NCBI GenBank assembly: GCA_020845895.1
Contig: JADLEX010000078.1
Coordinates: forward strand, 801 to 64,800
Origin: Deltaproteobacteria bacterium
Lineage (GTDB): Bacteria; Lernaellota; Lernaellaia; JACKCT01
Length of the DNA stretch: 64,000 nucleotides
Direction of reading: 5' to 3'
The notes under the pieces are model-generated. The model did not search any database. It saw nothing but the letters and a program-made list of their open reading frames with translations, and was not told where the DNA came from. Position 1 is the stretch's first letter. Every line of letters starts with the position of its first letter. A program made the translations under genes and the position numbers. This document shows positions 49,066 through 58,898 of the stretch, one piece after another.

Positions 49066-49352
49066 TTCGCGTACCGACCGATCACCTCTTCGTGCGAGAT
49101 CACCTCGCCGCGATCGCGCGCGCGCCTCGCGCGTTTCGCCGCGAGCGTCTCGTCCGCGGTTTCTTCTTCGTCATCCAAGGGAGCTGACGCAAGCCGGCGA
49201 TAAAACGGATCTTCGAGGATGGCGTTCAGCCGCGGCCGTATGACCGCGAAGAGTGCCGAGGGAACGAGAACAAACTCTTCGCGTCCCTTTGAGTCTCGGA
49301 TGGTTCGAAATGCCGGTTCGGACTCGGCGGCTCTCCTACGGCGCTGCGTCAT
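49062..49352 (-). CDS. Putative antitoxin partner of the RelE/ParE toxin
   Basis: 96 aa, located upstream of the toxin with a 4-bp overlap; contains 'FVLVP...' in the N-terminus and an acidic C-terminus. Confidence 0.5.
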   Translation of the reverse strand: MTQRRRRAAESEPAFRTIRDSKGREEFVLVPSALFAVIRPRLNAILEDPFYRRLASAPLDDEEETADETLAAKRARRARDRGEVISHEEVIGRYAK

Positions 49353-49451
49353 GACTCAACTCTCCCGCGTATCGCCGGTCGAAACGCGCGATCGACCGAC
49401 ACGCGCATCATAACCGGGATGGCGAATGAAGACGAGTCGGGACTGAGCCGC

Positions 49452-49772
49452 TCAGTCGATCGGCGGCTTCTTGTCCGACCACAGTGCCACGCGGAACGGG
49501 AACAGCTCGGCGCGCATGACGCCGCGCACGACGGCCGGGTCCGCATTCATCAGCGCGCGCGCGGCGGCCTCGTCGTCGGCCTCGAAGACGCAGATGCCGA
49601 AGGTGCGTTCGGCCGCGCCGTGCGTGCGCCCCGCCGTGAAGACGACGCCCTCGGCGACGAGGTCTTGGAGATAAAGGAAGTGATCCTCAACCGCCTTCGC
49701 CTCCTCGGGCGTCGGCCCTTCGCTCAGCATCGCCGGGCGGGCCAATTCGACGCGGTACAGGAATGTCGCCAT
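49452..49772 (-). CDS. YciI-like (Dabb-fold) protein
   Basis: 106 aa; 'HFLYLQDLVAEGVVFTAGR' and 'FEADDEAAARALMNADP' are typical of the YciI family. Confidence 0.65.
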   Translation of the reverse strand: MATFLYRVELARPAMLSEGPTPEEAKAVEDHFLYLQDLVAEGVVFTAGRTHGAAERTFGICVFEADDEAAARALMNADPAVVRGVMRAELFPFRVALWSDKKPPID

Positions 49773-49860
49773 GTGTTCTCCCGCGAAAAGTCGGGAGCCT
49801 GTTTAGCACGACGTCCGCCGCGCGGGAAACGTGGCTTCTGTCCTCGCATGCGAGGGGCGC

Positions 49861-49936
49861 GATGAATCGCGCCCCTACGGCTTCGACGCGGGCCGGATGA
49901 TGAATCGCGCCCCTATGGCTTCGACGCGGGCCGGAT
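49861..49936. repeat. 38-bp direct tandem duplication (2 copies, 1 mismatch) spanning the maeB stop codon. It is preceded by palindromes CCTCGCATGCGAGG and GGGGCGCGATGAATCGCGCCCC.
   Basis: Seen directly: GATGAATCGCGCCCCTA[C/T]GGCTTCGACGCGGGCCGGAT occurs twice. Confidence 0.8.
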
Positions 49937-52228
49937 GTAGGTGCCGGGCGCAAGCAGGCCCTGTGCGCGGCAGACCGTGAGCGCCGAGAGGTAGAGGATC
50001 TCCTCGGAGTCGGCCTCGCGACGCACCACGTTGAAAGGCTTGCGAAGGCCCATCAGCAGCGGACCGATCGCCTGCGCCTTCGCGAATCCCGCGAGCAGCT
50101 TGTAGGCGATGTTCGCCGATTCGAGGTTCGGGAAGATCAGCACGTTGGCCTCGCGCCCCAGCCGGTTGAACGGATAGAAGCGCTGCATGTACTCCGTGTC
50201 GATCGCCGTGCTCGCCATCATCTCGCCGTCCACCGCCACGTCGGGGCGACGCAGACGCAGCAGCTCCGCGGCCTCGGCCATCTTTTTCGCGGCGGGGTGC
50301 GGGGTCGAGCCGAAATTCGAGAACGACAGCATCGCCACGCGGGGGTTGACGCCCAGGAATTTCGCCAGGTCGGTCGTCATCGACGCGATCTCGGCGAGTT
50401 CCTCCGCGTTCGGGTCGATGTTCACCGTGCAGTCGGCGAACAACACCATGCGATCCTGAAACAGCATGGCGTAAACGCCGCAGATGACGCTCGTGCCTTC
50501 GCGAATGCCGAGCACCTGAATCGCGGGGCGGATCGCGTCGCGGTATTCGGTGGAGACGCCGTTGACCATGCCGTCGGCCTCGCCGCGCAGTACCATCACC
50601 GACGCGACGTAGGTGCGGTCGCGCTGGAGCAGCCGGCACGCCTCCTGTCGCGTCACGCCCTTGCGCGCGCGCAGTTGAAACAGCGTGTCCACATACGGAT
50701 CGTCGGTCATGCACGTGCTGCACTCTCCCTCGCATGTGAAATGCCGGTCGAGGATCGTCGCGCCTTCGAGATCGACGAACAGATCCCGGGCGCGCTCGCG
50801 GATGCGCTCCTCGTCGCCCAGCAGGATGGGATGCGCGATGCCCTCTTCCTTGATGAGGTGCACGGCGCGCAGCACGCTCGGGTGATCGCCCTCAGGGAAC
50901 ACGATGCGCTTGGGCGCCTGCGATGCCTGATTGAGCAGCGTGCGCATCAGGTGGCGTTCGGGGCCGAGCTTCACTTCGAGGCGTTCGACGTATTTGTCAT
51001 GATCGAGCGTCGGGATGCCCGCGACGCCGGTGTCGATCGCCGCCTGCGCGACGGCAGGCGCCACCCACAGGATCACGCGTGGATCGAACGGCGTGGGGAT
51101 CAGGTATTCGCGGCCGAAGTGGAACCGCCGTCCGCTGTAAGCGCGCGACACGGCGTCGGGAACTTCCTCGCGCGCGAGGTCGGCGAGCGCGCGCACGGCG
51201 GCGAGCTTCATCTCCTCGTTGATGTTGCGCGCGCGCACGTCGAGCGCCCCGCGAAAGATATATGGGAACCCGAGCACGTTGTTGACCTGGTTCGGGTAGT
51301 CCGAGCGGCCCGTCGCCACGATGCAATCCTCACGCACGGCGAGGGCTTCGTTCGGCGTGATCTCGGGATCGGGGTTGGCGAGGGCGAAGATCACGGGGTC
51401 TTTCGCCATCCGGCGAATCCACTCGGGGTGCAGCGCGCCCTTGGCCGACAGGCCGAGGAACATGTCCGCGCCCTCGAGGGCTTCTTCCAGCGTGCGCAAT
51501 TTCGTGTCCTGCGCGAACTCGGCCTTGTAGGCGTTCATGCCCTCGGTGCGTCCGGCGTAGATCATGCCCTTGGTGTCGAGCATGAAGATGTTCTCGCGAC
51601 GCACGCCGAGCGCGAGATAGAGCCGCGCGCACGAGATGCCCGACGCGCCCGCGCCGTTGACGACCACGCGAAAGTTCTCGATGCGCTTGCCGACGATTTC
51701 GACTGCGTTGAGCAGCGCGGCGCTGGTGATGATGGCCGTGCCGTGCTGATCGTCGTGGAAAACCGGAATGTTCATCAGCTCCTTGCACTTCGCCTCGATG
51801 TAGAAGCACTCGGGAGCCTTGATGTCTTCCAGATTGACGCCGCCGAAGGTCGGCTCGAGCAGGCACACGGCTTTGACGATTTCGTCGGGGTCCTCGGTGC
51901 CGAGTTCCAGGTCGAACACGTCGATGTCGGCGAATCGCTTGAAGAGGATGCCCTTGCCTTCCATGACGGGCTTGCCTGCGAGCGCGCCGATGTTGCCGAG
52001 GCCCAGCACAGCCGTGCCGTTGCTGATGCAGGCGACCAGATTGCCCTTGGCCGTGTATTCGTAAACATCGGCCGGATTCTTCTGGATCGCGAGGCACGGC
52101 GCGGCGACGCCCGGCGAGTAGGCGAGGGTCAGGTCGCGCTGCGTGCGGCAGGCTTTCGTGGGGATGACTTCGATCTTGCCGGGACGCTTGTTGCGATGGT
52201 ACGCGAGCGCGCGTTCCACGTCATACAT
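49913..52228 (-). CDS. maeB: NADP-dependent malic enzyme with a C-terminal phosphotransacetylase-like domain
   Basis: 771 aa; the N-terminus '[36 protein letters not shown]' is a malic enzyme signature; the C-terminal half is a PTA-like domain. Confidence 0.9.
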   Translation of the reverse strand: MYDVERALAYHRNKRPGKIEVIPTKACRTQRDLTLAYSPGVAAPCLAIQKNPADVYEYTAKGNLVACISNGTAVLGLGNIGALAGKPVMEGKGILFKRFADIDVFDLELGTEDPDEIVKAVCLLEPTFGGVNLEDIKAPECFYIEAKCKELMNIPVFHDDQHGTAIITSAALLNAVEIVGKRIENFRVVVNGAGASGISCARLYLALGVRRENIFMLDTKGMIYAGRTEGMNAYKAEFAQDTKLRTLEEALEGADMFLGLSAKGALHPEWIRRMAKDPVIFALANPDPEITPNEALAVREDCIVATGRSDYPNQVNNVLGFPYIFRGALDVRARNINEEMKLAAVRALADLAREEVPDAVSRAYSGRRFHFGREYLIPTPFDPRVILWVAPAVAQAAIDTGVAGIPTLDHDKYVERLEVKLGPERHLMRTLLNQASQAPKRIVFPEGDHPSVLRAVHLIKEEGIAHPILLGDEERIRERARDLFVDLEGATILDRHFTCEGECSTCMTDDPYVDTLFQLRARKGVTRQEACRLLQRDRTYVASVMVLRGEADGMVNGVSTEYRDAIRPAIQVLGIREGTSVICGVYAMLFQDRMVLFADCTVNIDPNAEELAEIASMTTDLAKFLGVNPRVAMLSFSNFGSTPHPAAKKMAEAAELLRLRRPDVAVDGEMMASTAIDTEYMQRFYPFNRLGREANVLIFPNLESANIAYKLLAGFAKAQAIGPLLMGLRKPFNVVRREADSEEILYLSALTVCRAQGLLAPGTYIRPASKP

Positions 52229-52352
52229 GACAAATCTCCTTGCCGGGATTCAAATCGGGAAGATCCAAAAAGCCGGGGATCCAAATGGATCACGTCGCGC
52301 GGGGAGCGCGGCACGAACCAGATCCTGCGCCCACCCCGACGTCTTTTCAAGC

Positions 52353-52381
52353 TTGTTTTTTCGATATCAATGTCGTATTAT
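52353..52381 (+). promoter_or_regulatory. Sigma70-like promoter TTGTTT-17 nt-TATTAT in an AT-rich patch
   Basis: Seen directly; unusual AT-rich hexamers in a high-GC intergenic region, oriented toward the hairpin and small ORF downstream. Confidence 0.35.
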
Positions 52382-52505
52382 ACCCCGTTTGGACAATCCG
52401 CGACCAAGGAGCCGATCGCGCTTCGCGACCGGCTGTTGGGGTTTTGGTGGAGACTCGGCGGATCACGCGGCGCGGTCGCCCGCAATCTGGTGAACGGCGA
52501 AGGTC

Positions 52506-52582
52506 ATGTGGCACAGCCGCCCTCGGCTGTGCGAGACTTCTCCCGGGCCCAACTTGCACAGCCGAGGGCGGCTGTGCCACAT
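52506..52582 (+). repeat. Perfect 27-bp inverted repeat (ATGTGGCACAGCCGCCCTCGGCTGTGC...GCACAGCCGAGGGCGGCTGTGCCACAT) with a 23-nt spacer
   Basis: Seen directly; a very stable predicted stem-loop in the 5' region of a small ORF and the GGDEF gene. Confidence 0.8.
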
Positions 52583-52633
52583 TCATCTTACGCGAATCTG
52601 GGCCCCATTCGGTCCACCCACAGGAGCCGCGGA

Positions 52634-52780
52634 ATGGCCGCCAAATCCCGCCGCCGCAAGTCTCGTGGATTCTTCAGCCGCAAGGACGACGTGGTGCTTT
52701 CGTATCGCTCCGCGGCCATCATCGGCGCCGTGCTCGTCGTCGCCGCCATCGCGGTCTGGCTGTATCTGGCGTTCACGTGA
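52634..52780 (+). CDS. Small 48-aa membrane protein (Lys/Arg-rich N-terminus plus a single C-terminal TM helix)
   Basis: AGGAG lies 7 nt upstream of the ATG. 'MAAKSRRRKSRGFFSRKDD' is followed by the TM segment 'AAIIGAVLVVAAIAVWLYLAF'. It sits immediately downstream of the 27-bp hairpin. Confidence 0.35.
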   Translation: MAAKSRRRKSRGFFSRKDDVVLSYRSAAIIGAVLVVAAIAVWLYLAFT

Positions 52781-52842
52781 CCAGCGGAAATTGACACCGC
52801 CGCGCGCGCCCGATAGACAGGGATATTCCATGGATTCGGGCG

Positions 52843-54528
52843 GTGCCGATGCGTGACGAGTCGGGGACCAAGGCGCAACTGATCGAGGATCTGAAGGCCG
52901 CGCGCGATCGCATCGCCGCGCTCGAAAGCCCTGCGGGCCGTGTCGAGGACATCGCGCGAGTCTTCGACGCGATGCCGGAACCGGCGTACGCGATCGACCC
53001 GTCGGGGCGCGTGATCGCGTGGAATCACGAGATGGAGCGCCTCACCGGCGTCAATTCGCGCGACATGCTCGGCCGCGATCAATACGAATACGCCGCGCCG
53101 TTTTACGGCGTTCGTCGCCCGATGGCCGCCGACATGGTCGCGTATGACGATGCGGCGCTGCGCGACAACTTCCCTTCGGTCCGGCGTACCGGCGACATTC
53201 TGGAACACGAGTTCTACGCACCCGCGCGCGGACGCGGCGGATCGACCTTCTGGTCGCTGGCCCAGCCGCTGCGCGATGGGGTGGGAACGGTGATCGGCGC
53301 GGTGGAGTGCCTGCGCGACGTGACGCGCCAGAAGCTGCTCGAAAGCGCGCTATCGAGCGCCAAGGGCGAGCTCGAAGCCATGCTCACCGAACTTCAGGCG
53401 GCGCTCGAGAAGTCCCGCGAACAATATAAAAACGAGGCGATCCGGCGCGGCGACCTCGAAGGCGAACTCGCCCGCACGCGCGACGAATTCGTCGACTGGG
53501 TCGATCAGCTCGAACGCAGTCAGAAAGAAACCAAGATCCTCGGCAACATGATCGACCACCTGCAGGCCTGCCGCACCATGGGCGAGGCCTACGGCGTCGT
53601 GGCGCACTCGGCCGATCAGTTGTTCCCGCCCGATTCGGGTTTTCTGGCCATGTTCGGAGAAAACCGCAACAACATGGAGATCGTCGCGACGTGGGGAACG
53701 GACCCCGGCGCGGCCAGCGTGGTCTTCGAGCCGGATCAATGCTGGGCGCTGCGCCGCGGAAAGATCCATCACGTGGACGATCCCAAACATCACCAGATCT
53801 GCCAGCATGTCGCGGGCACGCCCGAAAACGGCTACCTGTGCATGCCCATGAACGCGCACGGCGAAGTGCTCGGCATGCTGCACGTGCGTTTCGGGCACTC
53901 GCTGCGGCAGAACCGCGAAGCCGACATCCTCGCCAAACAGCGGATCTCGACGACGCTCGCCGAGCAGTTCGCGTTGTCGCTCTCCAACCTCAAACTGCGC
54001 GAAATCCTGCACGAACAGTCCGTGCGCGACCAGCTCACGGGACTGTTCAACCGGCGCTATATGGAAGAAACGCTCGACCGCGAGTTGCGCCGCGCCAAAC
54101 GACAGGAAACGCCGCTCGGCATCATCATGCTCGACGTCGATCACTTCAAGCGGTTCAACGACAACTTCGGGCACGAAACGGGCGACATCCTGCTGCGCGA
54201 ACTCGGCGCATTCCTGGCCCGCAGCATCCGCGGCGACGACATCGCGTGCCGTTACGGCGGCGAGGAGTTCATCCTCATCATGCCCGGCGCGCCGATGGAG
54301 ATTCTGGCGCGTCGCGGCGAGCAGATCCGCGCCGGAGTCGAAACCAAACTCAAGGTCAGGCCGCCCGGCCACGACTTGCAGAACGTCACGATTTCGCTGG
54401 GCGCGGCGATGTTTCCCGCGCACGGCGAAACGCCCGAATCGATCGTCGGCGCGGCCGACAAAGCGCTCTACAGTTCGAAGGAAGGCGGGCGCAATCGCAT
54501 CACGCTCGCCGAAACGCGCAAGACCTGA
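52843..54528 (+). CDS. PAS-GAF-GGDEF diguanylate cyclase
   Basis: 'RDQLTGLFNRRY' and the 'RYGGEEF' active-site motif; an N-terminal PAS domain ('VIAWNHEMERLTG'); 561 aa. Confidence 0.85.
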   Translation: MPMRDESGTKAQLIEDLKAARDRIAALESPAGRVEDIARVFDAMPEPAYAIDPSGRVIAWNHEMERLTGVNSRDMLGRDQYEYAAPFYGVRRPMAADMVAYDDAALRDNFPSVRRTGDILEHEFYAPARGRGGSTFWSLAQPLRDGVGTVIGAVECLRDVTRQKLLESALSSAKGELEAMLTELQAALEKSREQYKNEAIRRGDLEGELARTRDEFVDWVDQLERSQKETKILGNMIDHLQACRTMGEAYGVVAHSADQLFPPDSGFLAMFGENRNNMEIVATWGTDPGAASVVFEPDQCWALRRGKIHHVDDPKHHQICQHVAGTPENGYLCMPMNAHGEVLGMLHVRFGHSLRQNREADILAKQRISTTLAEQFALSLSNLKLREILHEQSVRDQLTGLFNRRYMEETLDRELRRAKRQETPLGIIMLDVDHFKRFNDNFGHETGDILLRELGAFLARSIRGDDIACRYGGEEFILIMPGAPMEILARRGEQIRAGVETKLKVRPPGHDLQNVTISLGAAMFPAHGETPESIVGAADKALYSSKEGGRNRITLAETRKT

Positions 54529-54537
54529 CGCGCCCGG

Positions 54538-55413
54538 TTACGACGTGAATCCATCGATCAGCGAGTGGACTTTCTCGGACAGGTTCTTCGAGATGAGTTC
54601 GATGTCGGCGGGGCCGATGCCCATCTCGCGCAGGGCCGGCTCCTGGGCGAGCGCGATCTCTTCCTCGGTCTCGTAGGACCGGAATCCCACCGCGTGCGCG
54701 AAGAGATTCGACGCGTGCAGCAGGCGCGCGACGGAACGGCCCGACGGGGCGTCGTCGTATTTGTGGTGCCAGCGGATCGCGTCGTGCAACTCCTCGGGAA
54801 ACTTCCACGAACGCGCCACGAGTCCGCCGACCTCGGCGTGAAACTCGCGCACGATGTCGTCGGCGAGCAGCGACCCCAGGACGCCCCACTCCGCCCGCCG
54901 GCGCAGCACGCCCTCGAGCGCGAGAAACAGCACAGGCTTGCCGCAATCGTGCAACAAGCCGCCCAGGAACGCGAACCCGGTATCCCACTTTTTCACGTCG
55001 GCGATCCGCTTGGCGATGAAGGCCGTCGCGATCGAGTGCTGCCAGACGCGCTGCATCGGCACGTGGAAGAGCTTCGAGCGAAACACGCGCTCACCCATCG
55101 AAACGGCGAGGCCCAGATCGCGCAACGTGCGTACGCCGACCGTGACGATGGCCTGCTTCAGGTTCGTGATGCCGCCCCGCGCCGAATAGACCGGACTGTT
55201 GGCGATTCGCAGAACACGCGCCGCGAGCTGCTGGTCGAGGCGAATCACCTCGGCGAATTCGCGGGCCGACGCATCGGGATCAGACGACAACGCGAGCAAT
55301 CGCTGGGCGATGGCGGGCATCAACGGGACTTCGAGATCACCGGACCCCACGCGCCGCGCCACCGTGCGACGCACCTCATCGCGAACGGACGATTCCAGAA
55401 CGACGGTCGACAA
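54538..55413 (-). CDS. HDOD domain protein (signalling, HD-related output domain)
   Basis: 'LPLMPAIAQRLLAL...' and 'GLLHDCGK' are typical of HDOD. Confidence 0.75.
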   Translation of the reverse strand: MSTVVLESSVRDEVRRTVARRVGSGDLEVPLMPAIAQRLLALSSDPDASAREFAEVIRLDQQLAARVLRIANSPVYSARGGITNLKQAIVTVGVRTLRDLGLAVSMGERVFRSKLFHVPMQRVWQHSIATAFIAKRIADVKKWDTGFAFLGGLLHDCGKPVLFLALEGVLRRRAEWGVLGSLLADDIVREFHAEVGGLVARSWKFPEELHDAIRWHHKYDDAPSGRSVARLLHASNLFAHAVGFRSYETEEEIALAQEPALREMGIGPADIELISKNLSEKVHSLIDGFTS

Positions 55414-55550
55414 GGCACAACCCCTCGGGAAAAGCTAATCGACCTGATCGGTCGAATCGAACTTATTCTAGAGATATCTCGAAAAAGTTCGACCCCGCCG
55501 TTCTACGGAACGCGCGGGGTCGAATTCGGCCGAATCACCGTAGGAAAGGG

Positions 55551-57515
55551 CTAGTGCCCGCCGCCGTTGCCTCCCAGGCCGAGGGCGCTCATGAGCGCGA
55601 TGGCGATGCCCATGATGCTCTCGCCCGCGATCAAGCCCGACGCCACCGGTACCGTGTAGGTTTCGGCGAATTCCTTCTTCGCCTTGGCGAGCGTCCATGC
55701 GATCAGCGCGCCGATGAACATCGAGAGCGTGTTGAAGAATGGAATCACGAACGCGAGGCCGAGGCCCATGGCCGAGGGAATGAACGGCCGCGCCTTCGCG
55801 GGCAGCAGCTTTTCGAGGATCGGAATCGCGAGGCCGACAAGGCCGCCGATGGCCAGCGCCCACCGCGCGGTGATGTGCAGGCTGGTCAGTCCGTTGGCAA
55901 GCAGCTCGGCGACGCCCTTCCACACCTGGGCGGCCGGGGCGGGGAACTGGTCGGTTCCCAGCACGCTCGCGGTCGGCACGAGAATGTAGAATGCGGGGAC
56001 GATCACCGCCGCACCCGCGAAGATGCCGAGAAACTGCGCGATGAACTGCTTGCGCGGATTCGCGCCGAGCAGATAGCCGGACTTGAGGTCGGTGAGCAGG
56101 TCGGCGGACGAGCTCGCCGCGCCGGCGGTCACGCACGCCGTCATCAGGTTCGTCGTCATGTTCGCCGGGGCGAGCACGCCGTAGGTGAGCTGCGTGATCT
56201 TGCCCATCGCGCCGATCGGCGTGATATCCGTCTCGCCCGTCGCGCGGCAGGCGACGACCGCGAGGAAGAAGCTCATGAACACGGAGATCAGGCCCATCCA
56301 CCACGAGATGGAGAAGCTGATGATCTGAATCGCGACGACGCCGATCGTTGCCACCGCCACGCCCGCGACGAACCACGAGCCCGGCACTTCGATCTCGTCC
56401 ATTTTCGCGACCCGCGGATCCTTTTTCTTGGCCGATCCCGGACGCAACATGCCGGTCATTCCCGAAAACGCGCGGCCGATGGTGCGCCACTGAAATGCGA
56501 ATGCGAGCAAGCCCGACGTCACCATCAGCGCGGTTCCGCCCCACAGGCTCCACGACACGATGGGACGATAGCCGAGCTGCGTGATGACGCCCTGCTCGTA
56601 CATCTTCGGAGCGAGATAGAAGTAGTTGAGCACCGCACCGGCGAGCATGCTCCACGCCACGCGGATGCCGATGATCGCCCCGGCGGCCACCATGATGAGG
56701 CTCATTTCGATGCCGATGGTCCACTTCATCATCGGCGCGCCCTTCATCATACCGGGGAGTTCGAGCATGCCGGGAATCTTGAACTTCCACCACGCGAGCG
56801 GGTTGTCGCGAAACCACGCAATGACGAGACCGAGCCCGCCCGCCATGAACAGGCTGCGCGCCTTTTTCACCGCCGCCTCGCCGGACGCATACAGCGAACG
56901 CAGCGTCTCGGCCGCGGCGAGACCGCTGGGGAAACGGAGCTGCTCGACGTTGACCATCTGCCGCTTCATGGGCACGGCCATCATGACGCCAAGGACCGCG
57001 AGGAAGAACGTCCAGAGCATGAGCGTCCAGAACGGGAGGTGCTCGCCGCGAATCAGCAGCAGCGCCGCGATGGCGCTGACCATCGTGCCGCCGGTGGAAT
57101 ACCCCGCGCTGCTCGCCGTGGATTGCATGCAGTTGTTTTCGAGGATCGTCAGGTTGGATTTGAGCACGCCGATCTTGCGCAAGCCCGCGCCGATGGAAAA
57201 CGACAGGATGCACGCGGTGATCGCAACGCCGAGGCCCCAGCCGGTCTTGAGGCCGACGTAGAGGTTCGACAGGCTCATCACGCCGCCCAGTACGGCGCCC
57301 ATCAGCACCGCGCGCACCGTGAGCTGCGGGATCTCGCCGTGGTAGTGGTTTTCGAACCACTCCAGCTCGATCTCCTCCGCCGTCTTGCCCGTGGTGTCGA
57401 TGCCGAGAAACTCCTTCTCCTCGGCGGGCGGCGCTTCGGCCGGCTGCGCCGTCTTGAACGCCATGGTCATGGAATCCGGTTTGCCCGCACCGCCCTGATC
57501 GCCCGGTTTCGCCAT
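55551..57515 (-). CDS. OPT-family oligopeptide transporter
   Basis: A 654-aa polytopic membrane protein. The N-terminus 'REFTVRAVLMGAVLGGVMSLSNLYVGLKTGW' is characteristic of the OPT superfamily. Confidence 0.8.
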   Translation of the reverse strand: MAKPGDQGGAGKPDSMTMAFKTAQPAEAPPAEEKEFLGIDTTGKTAEEIELEWFENHYHGEIPQLTVRAVLMGAVLGGVMSLSNLYVGLKTGWGLGVAITACILSFSIGAGLRKIGVLKSNLTILENNCMQSTASSAGYSTGGTMVSAIAALLLIRGEHLPFWTLMLWTFFLAVLGVMMAVPMKRQMVNVEQLRFPSGLAAAETLRSLYASGEAAVKKARSLFMAGGLGLVIAWFRDNPLAWWKFKIPGMLELPGMMKGAPMMKWTIGIEMSLIMVAAGAIIGIRVAWSMLAGAVLNYFYLAPKMYEQGVITQLGYRPIVSWSLWGGTALMVTSGLLAFAFQWRTIGRAFSGMTGMLRPGSAKKKDPRVAKMDEIEVPGSWFVAGVAVATIGVVAIQIISFSISWWMGLISVFMSFFLAVVACRATGETDITPIGAMGKITQLTYGVLAPANMTTNLMTACVTAGAASSSADLLTDLKSGYLLGANPRKQFIAQFLGIFAGAAVIVPAFYILVPTASVLGTDQFPAPAAQVWKGVAELLANGLTSLHITARWALAIGGLVGLAIPILEKLLPAKARPFIPSAMGLGLAFVIPFFNTLSMFIGALIAWTLAKAKKEFAETYTVPVASGLIAGESIMGIAIALMSALGLGGNGGGH

Positions 57516-57712
57516 TGCGAACCTCCCCCAAAAAAGACGAACGCCAAAAAAGTAAACGACGGCGACAACGCCGGGCGCCGAGAGGCGACCGGTGCGGTCA
57601 GATCGTCATATCCAATGGAAAACCCACACGAATGCCTGCTGATTCCGGCGAGTCCGGGCGATCTTAGTGGAGATCGGCATCCGGTTCAATCGAAAAAACG
57701 CATCGGAGGGCG

Positions 57713-57779
57713 CCCTCACCCCTTCCCCTCTCCCATCAGATGGGAGAGGGGTGGCGAGCGAAGCGAGTCGGGGTGAGGG
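57713..57779. terminator. Compound palindrome: outer CCCTCACCCC...GGGGTGAGGG around an inner perfect 13-bp inverted repeat CCCCTCTCCCATC-A-GATGGGAGAGGGG
   Basis: Seen directly; located 3' of ltaE and 5' of the OPT transporter gene. Confidence 0.4.
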
Positions 57780-57797
57780 GCACCCCGTTCGACCTCG

Positions 57798-58898
57798 CTA
57801 AAAGTCCTTGCGCTCCGGCTCCGTAGGGGCGGCGTCGGCCAGGACCCGTTGGAACACCTCGATTGCCCGGTCGATCATCCGCGCGTCCACGTTCAGGTTC
57901 GTGACGATGCGGATCGTCTCGTCGTTGATCGTGCCCACGCGCACGCCGTATTCGCCGAGCACCGTCGCGAGGTGCGGCGCGGTCCACGGTTCCATCACCT
58001 TCAAAATGATGATGTTCGTCTCGACCTCGGCGGCGTTCAGTTCGACGCCTGGCAGCTTCGCGATCTCGCCGGCGAGGCGTTTGGCGTGCAGGTGATCGGC
58101 CGCGAGCATGGGCAGGTTATGGTCGAGCGCGTAGTGCCCCGCCGCCGCCAGCACGCCCGCCTGACGCATCGCGCCGCCCAGCATCTTGCGCACGCGCAGC
58201 GCCGCCTTGATGAGCGGCGCGGGGCCGCTCAGCACCGAGCCCGCCGGCGCGCCCAGGCCCTTCGACAGGCACACGCTCACCGTGTCGCCGTATTTCGCGA
58301 GGTCGCGCACCGGCTCGCCCAGCGCCACCGCCGCGTTCCACAGCCGCGCGCCGTCGAGATGCACGGCGATGCCGATCCCGCGCGTCCACTCGAACAGCGC
58401 CTTCATCGACGCGACGGGGATGACGCGCCCGCCGTGGCGGTTGTGCGTGTTTTCGATGGTCACGAGCCGGGTGGGCGGCGTGTGCACATTGTCCGGCCGC
58501 ACCCGCAGCTTGAGCTGCTCGGGCGAAAGCGCTCCGTGGTGGCCGCGCACGGGATGGAGCTGCACGCCGCTGATCGCCGCCGCGTGGCCCGATTCGTAGT
58601 TGAAGATGTGGCACGCCTCGTCGCACAGCACCTCGTCGCCTGGGCGCGTGTGGATTTTCAGCGCGGCGCTGTTGCTCATCGTGCCCGTGGGGAAAAACAG
58701 CGCGGCCTCCTTGCCGAGCATCGTCGCGACGCGCTCCTCGAGCGAAAGCACCGTGGGGTCGTCGCGGAAGACATCGTCGCCCACCACGGCGCGCGCCATC
58801 GCCTCGCGCATCCCTGCGTCGGGCTGCGTCACCGTGTCGGAACGAAGATCGACGACCGACTCGCGGTCGGACGGTTCAATGTCGGGAAGTGTGCTCAT
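57798..58898 (-). CDS. ltaE: Low-specificity L-threonine aldolase
   Basis: '[12 protein letters not shown]' is the LtaE N-terminal signature; PLP-fold; start refined to MSTLPD at 58898. The upstream ORF-track extension is Arg-rich junk. Confidence 0.85.
   Translation of the reverse strand: MSTLPDIEPSDRESVVDLRSDTVTQPDAGMREAMARAVVGDDVFRDDPTVLSLEERVATMLGKEAALFFPTGTMSNSAALKIHTRPGDEVLCDEACHIFNYESGHAAAISGVQLHPVRGHHGALSPEQLKLRVRPDNVHTPPTRLVTIENTHNRHGGRVIPVASMKALFEWTRGIGIAVHLDGARLWNAAVALGEPVRDLAKYGDTVSVCLSKGLGAPAGSVLSGPAPLIKAALRVRKMLGGAMRQAGVLAAAGHYALDHNLPMLAADHLHAKRLAGEIAKLPGVELNAAEVETNIIILKVMEPWTAPHLATVLGEYGVRVGTINDETIRIVTNLNVDARMIDRAIEVFQRVLADAAPTEPERKDF

Noticed and set aside
50297-52780. 827-aa plus-strand ORF
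   Set aside because: Antisense to maeB for almost its whole length. Only its last 48 codons (52634..52780), which lie outside maeB and have their own RBS, were kept as a possible small gene.
55554-57776. 740-aa plus-strand ORF
   Set aside because: Antisense to the OPT transporter gene; Arg/His-rich nonsense.
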